Shown: positions 54,148 through 64,000 of the stretch, in pieces | Position numbering within the stretch: position 1 is the stretch's first letter | Layout: every line of letters begins with the position of its first letter | Assembly (NCBI GenBank): GCA_000002435.2 | Contig: CM018790.1 | Origin: Giardia intestinalis | Taxonomy: Eukaryota | Length of the DNA stretch: 64,000 nucleotides | Direction: 5' to 3' (one strand) | Position numbers and translations under genes: made by a program | The notes under the pieces: model-generated | Told to the model about the DNA's origin: nothing | What the model saw: only the letters and a program-made list of their open reading frames with translations | The model's database searches: none

Positions 54148-57100
54148 TCATCCCAAGGACGCCAAGCGCAGTGCCTGCACCAGTCGAAAGACCATTATAA
54201 CTAGGACAGGATCGTAGCAGCAACCTTTCAGGGACGCGCTGATTGCAAACGGATCGGTAGCGTCGAGATTCCGAAGCTTTGAGAGAATGACATGAAGTGC
54301 AGTGGAGTGGCTCTCACAGCCAAAGCAGCTTGCTGGGCAGAATTGTTCTCCCTTCCGACCTTCAGTGTCGGGGGAAAACGGAACGGCACACGCACGAGTG
54401 GTGAAGTTTCCTGCTCCGAGCATGCCTTCTGTTATGCAAAACGTTCGCAGTGAAAGACCGTTGTTCTGGAGAGCAGAGTAAAAGTCGCACGTGACTGTAT
54501 CGTACGGCTTCGTCTGAGTCACCCGAGGTTCCAGGAAGTAGTTCTGCTCTTCAGCCTGATCATCTTCTTCTACCACCTTCTTAGAGCGTTTTCCTTTCTT
54601 TCCTTTTTTGTGCTTCGCGTTGTACTTTTCGATGTCTTCCACTGCTTTAGTATATTCGGGCGGGTGAGGCTTTGGCGCCGGCTCCTTGATCAGGCCGTAG
54701 ATGGTCTTCGAAAACTCGTGGAGGGTCATGCCCTTGGAAATGAGATTTGTCAGGGCTTGGTCCCGGACGTCGCTTGTCTGTGAGAGTAACTCGGCACGCT
54801 CGTCGCTGGTCATGTAGGCTGTAGAAACAGGCCTTACGGCAAACACCGACGAAACGTCGATCATGCCGCCTTGGCCGTCGTCCACGAGCACGGGGGGCGC
54901 GGGCTTTCCACGAGCGCTGGCAGCAGATTTTGGAGTGGTGAGAGATAGAACGCTTCCTGCTGAAGAAGTCTGCCTGTCGTTCAAAGAATTAGTAGAGGAC
55001 GACGGGGGTAAAGTCATGTCCACGGCAGAAACACTGCATCCCACTACAAAGCATGCAGAATGGTCATATGAAACAGCCTGAATCGGAAAAATGCTCTTCA
55101 AGTATTCGCTCATATATACCTTCAAGTCCGCTACTGCGTTTGCACGGATGTCTACAGTAAGCTTGGTAAACCCGTAGGTGCCTGGGCCGAGAGGTTCCGG
55201 CATTCCCTTTTCAATCTTCTGTTCAACCTTCTTCGGGGGAGGAACAGTTGATCCAGGCTTTTTAGCTTCTTGTTCTAGTCTTTTCTTCTCAGCACGTTCT
55301 CTCTTCCTCTCAGCCTTCTCGTGCTCACGAAGCTCTAGTTCTGAAAGCCAGCCCCTGCTCCTCTTCAGTGACTCGACAAACTTCTCCTCTGTGATCTGGA
55401 ACTGGTTTTGCGGTGGAGGAAGAATTGGCTCATTGGGGAGGCGTCTGTTCCAGGGGCTCGCTCCTATAACCTGAACCAGAGGCATAGTTGAGGCAGAAAG
55501 GTTAACGCATGATAAGACAGCGAGTTGCCGCGCCATCTCTACATCGATATTTCGGTTCTTTGGGCGTAGATTTGCCTGTAGAATATCATGGTCCGATGTG
55601 TGCGAAAGGAAGATTCCAGATCGCGTCAAGGCCGAGAATAGCTCTGTTGTGGAGGGGAAGATCACGTTTCTAAACGCACGCGGGCATCGTATGTGCGCAT
55701 GTGCTTCAAACGTCGACTTGGCCACGGCCAGCTCTGCTGCCTGCCGGGCACGTGCAGCTGCTCCCTTGGTGCGGCTGATATTGCCTAATGATTGCGACAT
55801 TGTCTGAGTAGTTGTAAGGTGGGATATGTTCAGTACGGAGCATAGCTGTTGCTGGGGCAAGTAGTCATTGGCTCGTAAGTTATCGACAAAGTTTGTAAAC
55901 CCTGGGATCTCGGTAAATCCTACTATCTCGTAGCCCTCCGGTAGAATACGTAGATAAAGCAGGATACCGGATGGTAGTGCCAACTTCATCAGCACCGAGT
56001 GCACTACAACACCCGATTGCTTATAAAGGCGGATAGAACGTTCTGTCAATTTTGGCACTGGAATCTTATTGCCAGTTGCTCCCTGGTGGTAGTACGTAAC
56101 CCTTCCTCTGCTGGCAACGTTACTGATGGATGTTAACTGAGCATTCTTGGAGTTCTGTCCATTTTGAGAGGTGATCGAGGCCATAGGACCACGTGCATTC
56201 GATTTTCTGGTATCCATTAAGTCATCACAGTATGAATTACTCAGTCCTGTTTTTGTCAGACTGGCACCGCTTTCAAGCATGCCCGTGGTCGGGTCGTAAA
56301 TATAATTTCCAAGCAAGTCAGCGCATTCATCTATGTTAAGATTGTCCCCTCGGTCTAAGCACGGAGTGAGGCTCCAAGCACGATAGGGAAGTGATGAATA
56401 TTTCAGGGCAACGATTGAAAGGGGGCCTGTTTTCAGCAACTTCACAACAACAGTCCTCTTCTCGGGCTTATAGACGACAGACTGTATGCCATCGACATCC
56501 CATGAATTAATAGCGATATTCCATATGCCAACAAAATACACCCCAAGTAAAGAAGTCTGATCATGTGACAGCATAGCTTTCTGAAGGCTATAGACTGCCT
56601 CTTCTGCAGTAAGAATGCGCGCAACATACAGCTCCGGAGGGAGAACAAACTCAAGTGTTATGGGCTCTATTTGCTCCTTTTGTGGTTCGGGACCACCTGG
56701 TAAAGCCCCTGGAAGTGCATTTGCTGGTGCAGGATCCGACTGTGCTTGGTCGCCTTCTTCCGGTTTGGGGTCCTGGGGCTGTCTATCCCCTTGCTGATCA
56801 TCTCCTGGAGCACTTGGATCTGGATGTTCATCGTCTACATTAAGCGTCTCTTCTAGCTCACCATTTTCATCCAACAGTTCCTTAGTGAGCGTTGACTGAG
56901 TATAGTTAAAGATGTTTGGTATCCAGCTCCATAGAGTCACAGAATCAAATGCCAGGAGAGCAGCTCGCTCTTTAGCAATCTCAGAGCAGCGGAGGATGGT
57001 GCATCCAGGATAAATAGGAATAATTTGCGTGGTTATTGGGTATGGAAGATGCTCGACGTACGTCAGAGTAAAGATCAGATCGCGAGTGTTTGTCTGCCGC

Positions 57101-60100
57101 TTTTTGTTGCGCGGCTTCTTCTGCCCGTCCCGCACAGGTGAAGAGGCGTCGTCATCCACCTCGCCGATTGAGTCATCAAATCGAAAATGTGTATCAGCAT
57201 AATCACGATCAACTGTGTTAGAGACAAGGCGTCTTTCAAGAGAGATAGGCTGGTAGCGCTCTGCATGTGTGGCAACAAACTGTGTGTCATTCTCAGGCAT
57301 GGCCTTGTAGTTTAAGTTTTGTGCTACGTCTGTAAGAAAATCGTGATCTAAGCCGTCTGTCAGCTTAGCTTGATGAGCCTCTTCAACGCTCGTGTGAGTT
57401 AGTGGTAGAACTAGCCAATTATTCGCTTCTGTCAACTGGGGCGGAATACGAATGATGTTAAGGAAGTACATCTCTCCGACAGGAAGTAACTCTGGAATAA
57501 GAGGAGTGTCAGGGGGATCTTCAAAAGCAGCGTCATAGTCGTCCTGAATCCTGTCAGAGGACATTTGGCGTACAATCCTCTCCTTCTTCTTTAGTTCTTC
57601 CTCCGAGAGTTCGTCCTCTTCCAATATGTGCTGCCTGGTAGTAGAGTGATGGACGTTCCGCGACTGGGCCCTGGACTTCTTAAGTACTATCTCAGCACAT
57701 TCAGAGTCGGTGAGATCGGTTTCACTAGATGACATGTCATCTGGGGATGTTATTTTTGCCAGCATGTCCTTCACTGTTTCATCCATGGTTGGAAATGCCG
57801 TTTTGTCTAGCTTGGGACCCTTCTTTGAAGCGGTGTTCGGTCTTGATCCTTCGGCCTCGGGGACAAAAACGGCTGGAAGCAGGCTATTGTTCTTCTCCCA
57901 ATGCAAAATGTCATCTCGTGTGACCATTTCTATTAGAGACGGCCGCTCATCGGCCTTTCCCTTGTCCTTCTTTCCCTTCTTTCCTCGCTTCTTAGCTGCT
58001 TCTGAGATAAGGATCTCTTCTTCGACTATCTTAACGATAAGGTGCCGCATAAGGCAGTTATTTCGCTCATCCTCTGAGATGAGGAGCTCTAACATGCAGA
58101 TATTACGGACGATGAGGTTGATGCAATTTATCTTGAAGAGGTAGGCGATGTTAGTGAGACACATGTCTTTGAGTGTTTCAAGTAGGTTAGTGTGGATGAT
58201 CTTATATAGAGCATGAAGCTTCTGTTTGTGTCCAACTAATGTGCGTATATTAATATGCGTGATTGCTTTCTCTAGCAGTTCCGGGGGGATTGCTAGGTTG
58301 TAGACAGCCAGTGCTTTGTTGAGATCGAACCCCAGCTCTGTAAGCATGGAAAGAGTGTCGGTCATCCACAGATCACTAGAAGCCGTCTCGGTTTCAATGT
58401 AATTGAGCTGACTCTGCTGTGGAACAATTATTTTCGAGATGTACGTGTCAATACAGAATGAAACAATATCTGGATACGCAACGTGTGCAAGAGATGACAT
58501 TGCAGGTCGGTTTTTGTTTAGCTTGGCAGTTTTGGAAAATTCGTACATTCTAAGATTGCGATTGTCAACATACTTCTGAAGCGACATGTATGAGAGCCCC
58601 TCTGCTTTATATCCAACTAGATCAATAGGTGTTACACAAAGCCGCACAGCGACATTGGAGAGGCAGAGACTGTTAGGAAGAACCAGCTTCAAAGCAGGTG
58701 TAAAGCGGACGTTCCTAAAGCGAGGATTCTTTGCTGTATTAATCCAGACATGAAGGGCATGATTCAGGGGCTTCTTCTCCATAAAATTCAGCCTCTTGCC
58801 AAAGTAATAAAGGTACTTATTCACGAGTTCGACAGTTAGCATATTACTACTGAGTGGCTCTAACGCATGCCTAGTAGAACCATGAGACATCGCTTGTAGA
58901 CTTGGGGTAACATTCTTCCTCGTCGTTGACTGGGATTCCTTGTCACCTCTTTCTGTGCTGCTCAGTTGGGCTGCTCTAAACCCACCATCACGAGATTTAG
59001 AAAGCTTGTCCCTAGCAGCAATGCTCTCCCGTGAAACAACCCTACTATTGGGAGTAGAAGTCTCACCAGCCTGCTCTTTCGGAGCTGTCAGATTACTTGC
59101 AACATTCTTCTGAGATGTGCTACTCGTAGGACGGCTTGATGATTTAAGACTTCCGGCAATAGTCGGTCCCAGCTTGATATCGCACGGAGATGCGTTGTCT
59201 GATGCTCTTGTCGGCTCCGCGTCTATCATAGTGCTGCGACAGCCGATATACCTAGTATTGGACGGATCTAAAACGGAAAGGGGTATCGTGCTAATAAACG
59301 TTTCGTCATGCTTAATATCACGCTTTGAGATCTGGGAGAGAATCAGAGGAACATATGGCCCGTGTGCGTTTGCTCTGTTTTGATGGATAATGTCAGTGTT
59401 GGTTATCTTCTTGACAACACCGTCAAAATTAAGCGTCATCTGGTCTTTTGTCCTTGTTGAAGCCTTGCTTCCAGGATGCATCTGGAGAGGAGAATCACTT
59501 GGCGCATTCTCCTGCTCCTGAAGCTTGGCGGCTATGGCGGCGTTATGCGCTTCCAATGCAGAGAGTGAGATCCCACCCTTCGCCTTACTCGGCTTTGGAG
59601 CAGCTTCCTTTATATCGGGATCAAGAATATTATCCCGGTCAGACACGTTGGAGTCCAGATCTTCTGACGCCTTATCTGTTCTGGTATCCGACGACTCTGA
59701 CTCTCCTATATCATCGTACTCCTCGAGAGAGAAGAGATCAGCAGGAGCAGACAGCTTGATCGGCTCAGCTGTCGGCGGGAGGTAGTCATCAGAGTGATCA
59801 AGAAGATACTTGGAGCACATATCGTGCAGTGTAAAGAGAATTGAGCGAAGCTGAACACGCTGGGCTTGAAGCGTAGCTATGTGCGCCAGTTTCTCAAGCT
59901 GGCTTCTTGGGATATATTGCTGATTTTGCATAGTTCGTAAGAGGAGCGTGGGCGTGGTTATGTATGTCATATATTGATCATATTTTGTCGCGTTTTTAAT
60001 ATCTATACCCTTGTCTAGCTGTGCATCAAACTGGACACCGCCCTGGGAAATTTGACCTCCCGGCAAGGGTGAAGTAGACCCAGAAGACGAGCTTCTAATA

Positions 60101-61419
60101 CGAGCTGCAGATGTATCAGTCGTTGTTATTGTCCCACTCTTCATACGGGAAAATCCTCTCTTCTCTTTTTCTGTGAGATTCGGCGGAACGCTGGCCGGAG
60201 TCGGATTAGGAGGCAGAACCCCACAGCTAATCGAGTCAAAATTATAGATTCTGTTATCGCTATACATGATGAAGGACTTGACTTGCTCGTCTGGAAACTC
60301 CTGCTCAGCAACAGCTTCTTGGGTTTTGCCCTTCTTCTTTCCTTTTCCTTGCTTGCCAGCCTCATCACTAGGAGACGCTGTGCGTGTCTTATCCCCGCCT
60401 GGAGATTTCTCCGCCGCCTGTTGTATCTTCTTGGCTGACTGGGCGCGACTTAAATCACCTTGAGCACGTCGTCCCACTGTTATGGGCCTTATGTATGTCT
60501 TTCTGAGGGTAGCATCAACGATATCTGGGAGCGATTGCTTTGGCTGAAAAATAGGTCTAGCAATCAGAGGATTTTGAGGATCATAAAGAGTCGGATCGCA
60601 CAGCTCTTGCTGGGCAGTTTGATCTGTTCCACGATTGCCAGGTACATCTGTCAAAATCAAAGGAATGTCACTCTCATTCGCAGCGTGTTCCTCCTGAGAC
60701 AGTAAAGAGGTGGGGATCAAAGATGGGCTGTCTTGGTGAGCAAGATGGGGCCCAGGACCATCGTGGTCTGGCCTATGGTCCCCATCTTCCAGGGTGCGTG
60801 CCGGCTGATGTTCGCCTAGGTCGTGTGCTGCGTCTTCCTTTCGAAGTTGAGACATTCCAAAATCAGGACTATGTCTAATAGTCTTCTCTAGAGAGGCCAG
60901 GACATTAGAAACTTCACAGGCGATTGCAACGTAGATGTCAAAAAGTGTCGCTTTGTCCTCGATAAAGCGACGTACTGATGAAATGCCGGAGAGGTTTTGC
61001 CGGAGCGAGTGCGTCGTACTATCGGGGTGTATGTGCTTCAAAAGCAGCTCGACCTCTGCGATCAGTATCTCTGTTTGGGCCAGCACGCTTTTCTCAGTGG
61101 AGTTTTTCCCAAGATAAATTTGCCAATTGCGTTCTTGCTCTATTTCTAGCATGTCATCTGCGGCCTGCATCCCACAGGTCTGTAGAAGGTTGAGCATTTC
61201 ATGAGACTCGGCAGCTATCCGCTCCTTTTCCAGGTTATCTGCTTTTTGGATGAAAAGACACACATGATTCCAATATTCAAGAAGCATGTCGCGAATTACC
61301 TGATATCGCTTGAACTCTTCCCGATATATAATCATTTCTTGGCGTTGCTTTTCCTCAAGCGCCTTATTGTACGCCTTTAGCTCTTGCTCCTCGGCAGGGT
61401 CCTTGGGCGGCATTGCCAA
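54148..61419 (-). CDS. giant hypothetical protein, 2423 aa, with N-terminal coiled-coil-like segments, several Lys/Gly basic patches (KKGKKGK) and Asp/Glu-rich tracts
   Basis: Uninterrupted 7.3-kb ORF. Stop TGA at 54145-54147 (minus strand). No recognisable catalytic domain. Confidence 0.75.
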   Translation of the reverse strand: MAMPPKDPAEEQELKAYNKALEEKQRQEMIIYREEFKRYQVIRDMLLEYWNHVCLFIQKADNLEKERIAAESHEMLNLLQTCGMQAADDMLEIEQERNWQIYLGKNSTEKSVLAQTEILIAEVELLLKHIHPDSTTHSLRQNLSGISSVRRFIEDKATLFDIYVAIACEVSNVLASLEKTIRHSPDFGMSQLRKEDAAHDLGEHQPARTLEDGDHRPDHDGPGPHLAHQDSPSLIPTSLLSQEEHAANESDIPLILTDVPGNRGTDQTAQQELCDPTLYDPQNPLIARPIFQPKQSLPDIVDATLRKTYIRPITVGRRAQGDLSRAQSAKKIQQAAEKSPGGDKTRTASPSDEAGKQGKGKKKGKTQEAVAEQEFPDEQVKSFIMYSDNRIYNFDSISCGVLPPNPTPASVPPNLTEKEKRGFSRMKSGTITTTDTSAARIRSSSSGSTSPLPGGQISQGGVQFDAQLDKGIDIKNATKYDQYMTYITTPTLLLRTMQNQQYIPRSQLEKLAHIATLQAQRVQLRSILFTLHDMCSKYLLDHSDDYLPPTAEPIKLSAPADLFSLEEYDDIGESESSDTRTDKASEDLDSNVSDRDNILDPDIKEAAPKPSKAKGGISLSALEAHNAAIAAKLQEQENAPSDSPLQMHPGSKASTRTKDQMTLNFDGVVKKITNTDIIHQNRANAHGPYVPLILSQISKRDIKHDETFISTIPLSVLDPSNTRYIGCRSTMIDAEPTRASDNASPCDIKLGPTIAGSLKSSSRPTSSTSQKNVASNLTAPKEQAGETSTPNSRVVSRESIAARDKLSKSRDGGFRAAQLSSTERGDKESQSTTRKNVTPSLQAMSHGSTRHALEPLSSNMLTVELVNKYLYYFGKRLNFMEKKPLNHALHVWINTAKNPRFRNVRFTPALKLVLPNSLCLSNVAVRLCVTPIDLVGYKAEGLSYMSLQKYVDNRNLRMYEFSKTAKLNKNRPAMSSLAHVAYPDIVSFCIDTYISKIIVPQQSQLNYIETETASSDLWMTDTLSMLTELGFDLNKALAVYNLAIPPELLEKAITHINIRTLVGHKQKLHALYKIIHTNLLETLKDMCLTNIAYLFKINCINLIVRNICMLELLISEDERNNCLMRHLIVKIVEEEILISEAAKKRGKKGKKDKGKADERPSLIEMVTRDDILHWEKNNSLLPAVFVPEAEGSRPNTASKKGPKLDKTAFPTMDETVKDMLAKITSPDDMSSSETDLTDSECAEIVLKKSRAQSRNVHHSTTRQHILEEDELSEEELKKKERIVRQMSSDRIQDDYDAAFEDPPDTPLIPELLPVGEMYFLNIIRIPPQLTEANNWLVLPLTHTSVEEAHQAKLTDGLDHDFLTDVAQNLNYKAMPENDTQFVATHAERYQPISLERRLVSNTVDRDYADTHFRFDDSIGEVDDDASSPVRDGQKKPRNKKRQTNTRDLIFTLTYVEHLPYPITTQIIPIYPGCTILRCSEIAKERAALLAFDSVTLWSWIPNIFNYTQSTLTKELLDENGELEETLNVDDEHPDPSAPGDDQQGDRQPQDPKPEEGDQAQSDPAPANALPGALPGGPEPQKEQIEPITLEFVLPPELYVARILTAEEAVYSLQKAMLSHDQTSLLGVYFVGIWNIAINSWDVDGIQSVVYKPEKRTVVVKLLKTGPLSIVALKYSSLPYRAWSLTPCLDRGDNLNIDECADLLGNYIYDPTTGMLESGASLTKTGLSNSYCDDLMDTRKSNARGPMASITSQNGQNSKNAQLTSISNVASRGRVTYYHQGATGNKIPVPKLTERSIRLYKQSGVVVHSVLMKLALPSGILLYLRILPEGYEIVGFTEIPGFTNFVDNLRANDYLPQQQLCSVLNISHLTTTQTMSQSLGNISRTKGAAARARQAAELAVAKSTFEAHAHIRCPRAFRNVIFPSTTELFSALTRSGIFLSHTSDHDILQANLRPKNRNIDVEMARQLAVLSCVNLSASTMPLVQVIGASPWNRRLPNEPILPPPQNQFQITEEKFVESLKRSRGWLSELELREHEKAERKRERAEKKRLEQEAKKPGSTVPPPKKVEQKIEKGMPEPLGPGTYGFTKLTVDIRANAVADLKVYMSEYLKSIFPIQAVSYDHSACFVVGCSVSAVDMTLPPSSSTNSLNDRQTSSAGSVLSLTTPKSAASARGKPAPPVLVDDGQGGMIDVSSVFAVRPVSTAYMTSDERAELLSQTSDVRDQALTNLISKGMTLHEFSKTIYGLIKEPAPKPHPPEYTKAVEDIEKYNAKHKKGKKGKRSKKVVEEDDQAEEQNYFLEPRVTQTKPYDTVTCDFYSALQNNGLSLRTFCITEGMLGAGNFTTRACAVPFSPDTEGRKGEQFCPASCFGCESHSTALHVILSKLRNLDATDPFAISASLKGCCYDPVLVIMVFRLVQALRLASLG
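54427..54908 (-). repeat. Copy C of an inverted segmental duplication of at least 482 bp (3' coding end of the 2423-aa gene)
   Basis: The reverse complement of 54427-54908 matches 63519-64000. Several 40-80-bp stretches were spot-checked and all were identical. Confidence 0.8.
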
Positions 61420-61505
61420 TCAGATTTTGTTTTTTGATGGATCTTAAGAAAACCCAGGCGCTAACGTTTACAGATGGGTAAAACGAAGACAACTAGCTAA
61501 CTTAA

Positions 61506-63332
61506 TCACTCAGAGGTACCGAAAGATCCCCTCAACTTAGCGTAGGCAAAGTTACAATAGTCGTGGAGGAAAATGAATTGATCTACCGTCTGAACGCAAA
61601 GCGGATTACGCTGTACGCGAAGTATCTCAGTCATTTCAAGAATAGATGGCTTAAAGCTTCGCCAGACCTTTCCTTCTCTTACGTCCTCCTTCTTCACGAA
61701 TTCTTGCCCGGGCTTGAAGTTATTGATGAGCATGTTCGTAATAACGATGCAGATAGCGAAGGTTGAGGAGCGCCCCACGCCAGCGCTACAGTGGATACAC
61801 AAAGGACCCCGATTCTTGTAGCGTAGAGCCTCGACGGAGAACAGAAAGATGATCTCGAAATTATCTGGAATAGAATAGTCTGTCCACAGTCCGTAGTAGT
61901 ATAACTTGCTGTAGTGTACTTCCTTGCTACACTTAATACCTACTTTATATCCGATAAATTGATCTCTGTAGCGCTTCATCGCAACGCAGCCCAGAGTGAT
62001 TTGCTGGTTAATCGTAGTAGTCCGCGAAGCCCCGTCGGGCTGGCTATTTCCTTTCTCTGAAGAGGCAAGCTTTGTACTCCCGGCACGTAGAGGCGAAGAG
62101 AGCAAGTTCACATTTCCGCCGGACAAATTGGTAGAAAGAGGGTCGTCCCCTTCGTCGTCTTCGACCTCTGCAGCATCTATCGGTTCGCTAGAAAATCCTA
62201 TTGCGTCTGATTTTGCTATTGCATCCTCGCTTATAACAGCGTTGATGTGAAGCTTCATTCGCGTGCAGTTCCAGAATAGAGAGTCCTCCGGAATTTCTTC
62301 TTGGACGGTCTTTATATATGCGATGAATTGCTTGAACATTTGCCCAGCACGGGGGTTGTTTGTATCCTGCGCTTTCTGGTACGCATAATGCATATATGAC
62401 CCTGTGACAGAGTCGGTATAAATCGGGTCGTGCTCCTTGCTCTTGTATAACGGCCAGTAGCGGATGGCCTTGGGTCGCTCATCATCAATGAACCTAGTGA
62501 GGTTGGCAATAAAGACCACCTTTAGACGGAATACTACATACCAGAAGTCAGCCATGGACGCGATTGTGGGCGCCTGAGTGATTAGAAATGTGAAGTTGTT
62601 CAGAGAGACAATGTTCCCATTAAAGTAGCGGATCATTAAGTTGGTTCTTGAAAGCCGTAGGTAGATCTGCTCTGTTTCTTGCTCCTCGGGAGAAAGGGCC
62701 TTTGCTGTGCATGGAGTCGGAGGGATAAGTGACATGTCTTCTGGTTGGCGGGGGCTTCCCAACTGGTTTTGCTTTGGCACCACCATGGGAAAGCCACACG
62801 TACGCAATATTGAAGTGCCGGCGGAAGGGCTCTTGGACTCAGTGTTTGCCTCATTGTCGTTGATGTAGCTAATTGACTGTCGATAAGATGACATGTTTGT
62901 AAAGCTGTTACTATCATCTAAAAACGTCCCATTGCTAGCCAAGGAACTATCCGTGCTTTCGTTGGAGACCGTCGAGCTGTTTATCATAAACTTATCCGTA
63001 TAGAGCGCAATTGGCTGGGTGCGCAGATATGGAAAGATGTTGGTGTAGCGGTTTTTAAGGGGAAACCGCGTTGCTAAAACATTATCATAGCGCTGCTTCA
63101 GTGCTCCGAGTCGCACGTTGGTAAGGGTCGCCATGGATGACTCGTAATATTTGTGGGCGTCTTCTAAGTTGTCATATGGAAGCTTTACAAATGCTTCCGC
63201 CCTAAATAGGCTGGATCTAGAGCGTACCGGTTCAGTGTGTTTTGATGGTTCGGGTACAGATATTGAAAGGGGTTTCATAACCCGGCTGAGTCTTCTGCCT
63301 TTTCCCGAGTCCTGAGTCGCTAGCTCAGTCAT
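61506..63332 (-). CDS. classical protein-tyrosine phosphatase (PTP) domain protein, 608 aa
   Basis: PTP motif 1 KNRYTNIFPY and the active-site P-loop IHCSAGVGRSSTF (VHCSAGxGR[ST]G). The catalytic domain occupies the C-terminal half. The N-terminal ~200 aa is Ser/Asn-rich low complexity. Confidence 0.8.
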   Translation of the reverse strand: MTELATQDSGKGRRLSRVMKPLSISVPEPSKHTEPVRSRSSLFRAEAFVKLPYDNLEDAHKYYESSMATLTNVRLGALKQRYDNVLATRFPLKNRYTNIFPYLRTQPIALYTDKFMINSSTVSNESTDSSLASNGTFLDDSNSFTNMSSYRQSISYINDNEANTESKSPSAGTSILRTCGFPMVVPKQNQLGSPRQPEDMSLIPPTPCTAKALSPEEQETEQIYLRLSRTNLMIRYFNGNIVSLNNFTFLITQAPTIASMADFWYVVFRLKVVFIANLTRFIDDERPKAIRYWPLYKSKEHDPIYTDSVTGSYMHYAYQKAQDTNNPRAGQMFKQFIAYIKTVQEEIPEDSLFWNCTRMKLHINAVISEDAIAKSDAIGFSSEPIDAAEVEDDEGDDPLSTNLSGGNVNLLSSPLRAGSTKLASSEKGNSQPDGASRTTTINQQITLGCVAMKRYRDQFIGYKVGIKCSKEVHYSKLYYYGLWTDYSIPDNFEIIFLFSVEALRYKNRGPLCIHCSAGVGRSSTFAICIVITNMLINNFKPGQEFVKKEDVREGKVWRSFKPSILEMTEILRVQRNPLCVQTVDQFIFLHDYCNFAYAKLRGSFGTSE

Positions 63333-63518
63333 AGCTTTTTTTGACTATTGCTAAACATTTTTTGGGAAATACGGTTATAAAAACACCATGATAGTAGGCA
63401 GATAGGGCTAGAAATTCTCGTGTTCTTGGCTACGGTGTTCTTAGAATCGTTGTGGAACTCGCTATATGTAAACTAAACCTTAACAAGGTATTCTATTCAA
63501 AAAAGTACAAACTAATTT

Positions 63519-64000
63519 GAAAGCCCGCGCCCCCCGTGCTCGTGGACGACGGCCAAGGCGGCATGATCGACGTTTCGTCGGTGTTTGCCGTAAGGCCTGT
63601 TTCTACAGCCTACATGACCAGCGACGAGCGCGCCGAGTTACTCTCACAGACAAGCGACGTCCGGGACCAAGCCCTGACAAATCTCATTTCCAAGGGCATG
63701 ACCCTCCACGAGTTTTCGAAGACCATCTACGGCCTGATCAAGGAGCCGGCGCCAAAGCCTCACCCGCCCGAATATACTAAAGCAGTGGAAGACATCGAAA
63801 AGTACAACGCGAAGCACAAAAAAGGAAAGAAAGGAAAACGCTCTAAGAAGGTGGTAGAAGAAGATGATCAGGCTGAAGAGCAGAACTACTTCCTGGAACC
63901 TCGGGTGACTCAGACGAAGCCGTACGATACAGTCACGTGCGACTTTTACTCTGCTCTCCAGAACAACGGTCTTTCACTGCGAACGTTTTGCATAACAGAA
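63519..64000 (+). pseudogene. Copy D: truncated inverted duplicate of the 3' end of the 2423-aa gene. It begins abruptly after an in-frame TGA and runs off the window edge; a possible gene fragment or truncated paralog
   Basis: The + strand translates, in the parental frame, to KPAPPVLVDDGQGGMIDVSSVFAVRPVS...KKGKKGKRSKKVVEEDDQAEEQNYFLEPRVTQ...TFCITE, identical to the C-terminus of the 54148-61419 product. The junction at 63518/63519 follows A/T-rich intergenic DNA. Confidence 0.55.

Noticed and set aside
63517-63780. 87-aa Arg-rich ORF (MKARAPRARGRRPRR...)
   Set aside because: It is an out-of-frame reading of the duplicated giant-gene 3' fragment. The parental frame gives a perfect match to the 2423-aa protein.
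1-64000. Prokaryotic interpretation (operons, CRISPR, IS elements), or LTR/non-LTR retrotransposons
   Set aside because: There are no direct-repeat/spacer arrays, transposase or RT/YxDD-integrase signatures, or Shine-Dalgarno-style organisation. The gene content (cyclin, RanBP1, Vps29, ankyrin-Nek, HCMP) and AGTRAAY 3' signals are eukaryotic and diplomonad-like.

Overview
The window is a gene-dense, essentially intron-free eukaryotic segment of about 49% GC. It holds about 25 protein-coding genes on both strands, several of them giant single-exon ORFs of 13.7 kb, 7.3 kb, 5.3 kb, 4.6 kb, 4.4 kb and 4.3 kb. Intergenic spacers are usually 4–190 bp. Start codons sit in short A/T-rich initiator contexts, and many stop codons are embedded in or followed by AGTAAAT or AGTGAAC motifs. 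Together with a very large Cys-rich membrane protein built of CxxC and CxC EGF-like modules, Nek-type kinases fused to ankyrin repeats, and ankyrin plus coiled-coil 'Protein 21.1'-like genes, this points to a diplomonad genome, most likely Giardia intestinalis. That organism call is inference from gene content and signals, not a database hit. Recognisable genes: a 5'-truncated class III nucleotidyl cyclase, an A/B-type cyclin, a UBC-fold E2, a high-cysteine membrane protein, an ankyrin-Nek that looks catalytically dead, a MINDY-3/FAM188-like deubiquitinase, two ankyrin-repeat proteins, a pseudokinase–coiled-coil–RING fusion, a Vps29-like protein carrying a perfect 27-bp tandem repeat, an active STE20-like kinase with a large insert, a RanBP1-like Ran-binding-domain protein, a classical protein-tyrosine phosphatase, and several giant or small ORFs with no recognisable domain. 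The structural surprises are two perfect inverted segmental duplications. A 139-bp copy of the E2 gene's 3' end and flank lies on the opposite strand immediately downstream of the 2423-aa gene's stop (position 54145), inside a decayed E2-tail pseudogene. At least 482 bp of that 2423-aa gene's 3' coding end is duplicated in inverted orientation at the window edge (63519–64000). No rRNA, tRNA, CRISPR array or transposon signature was found.
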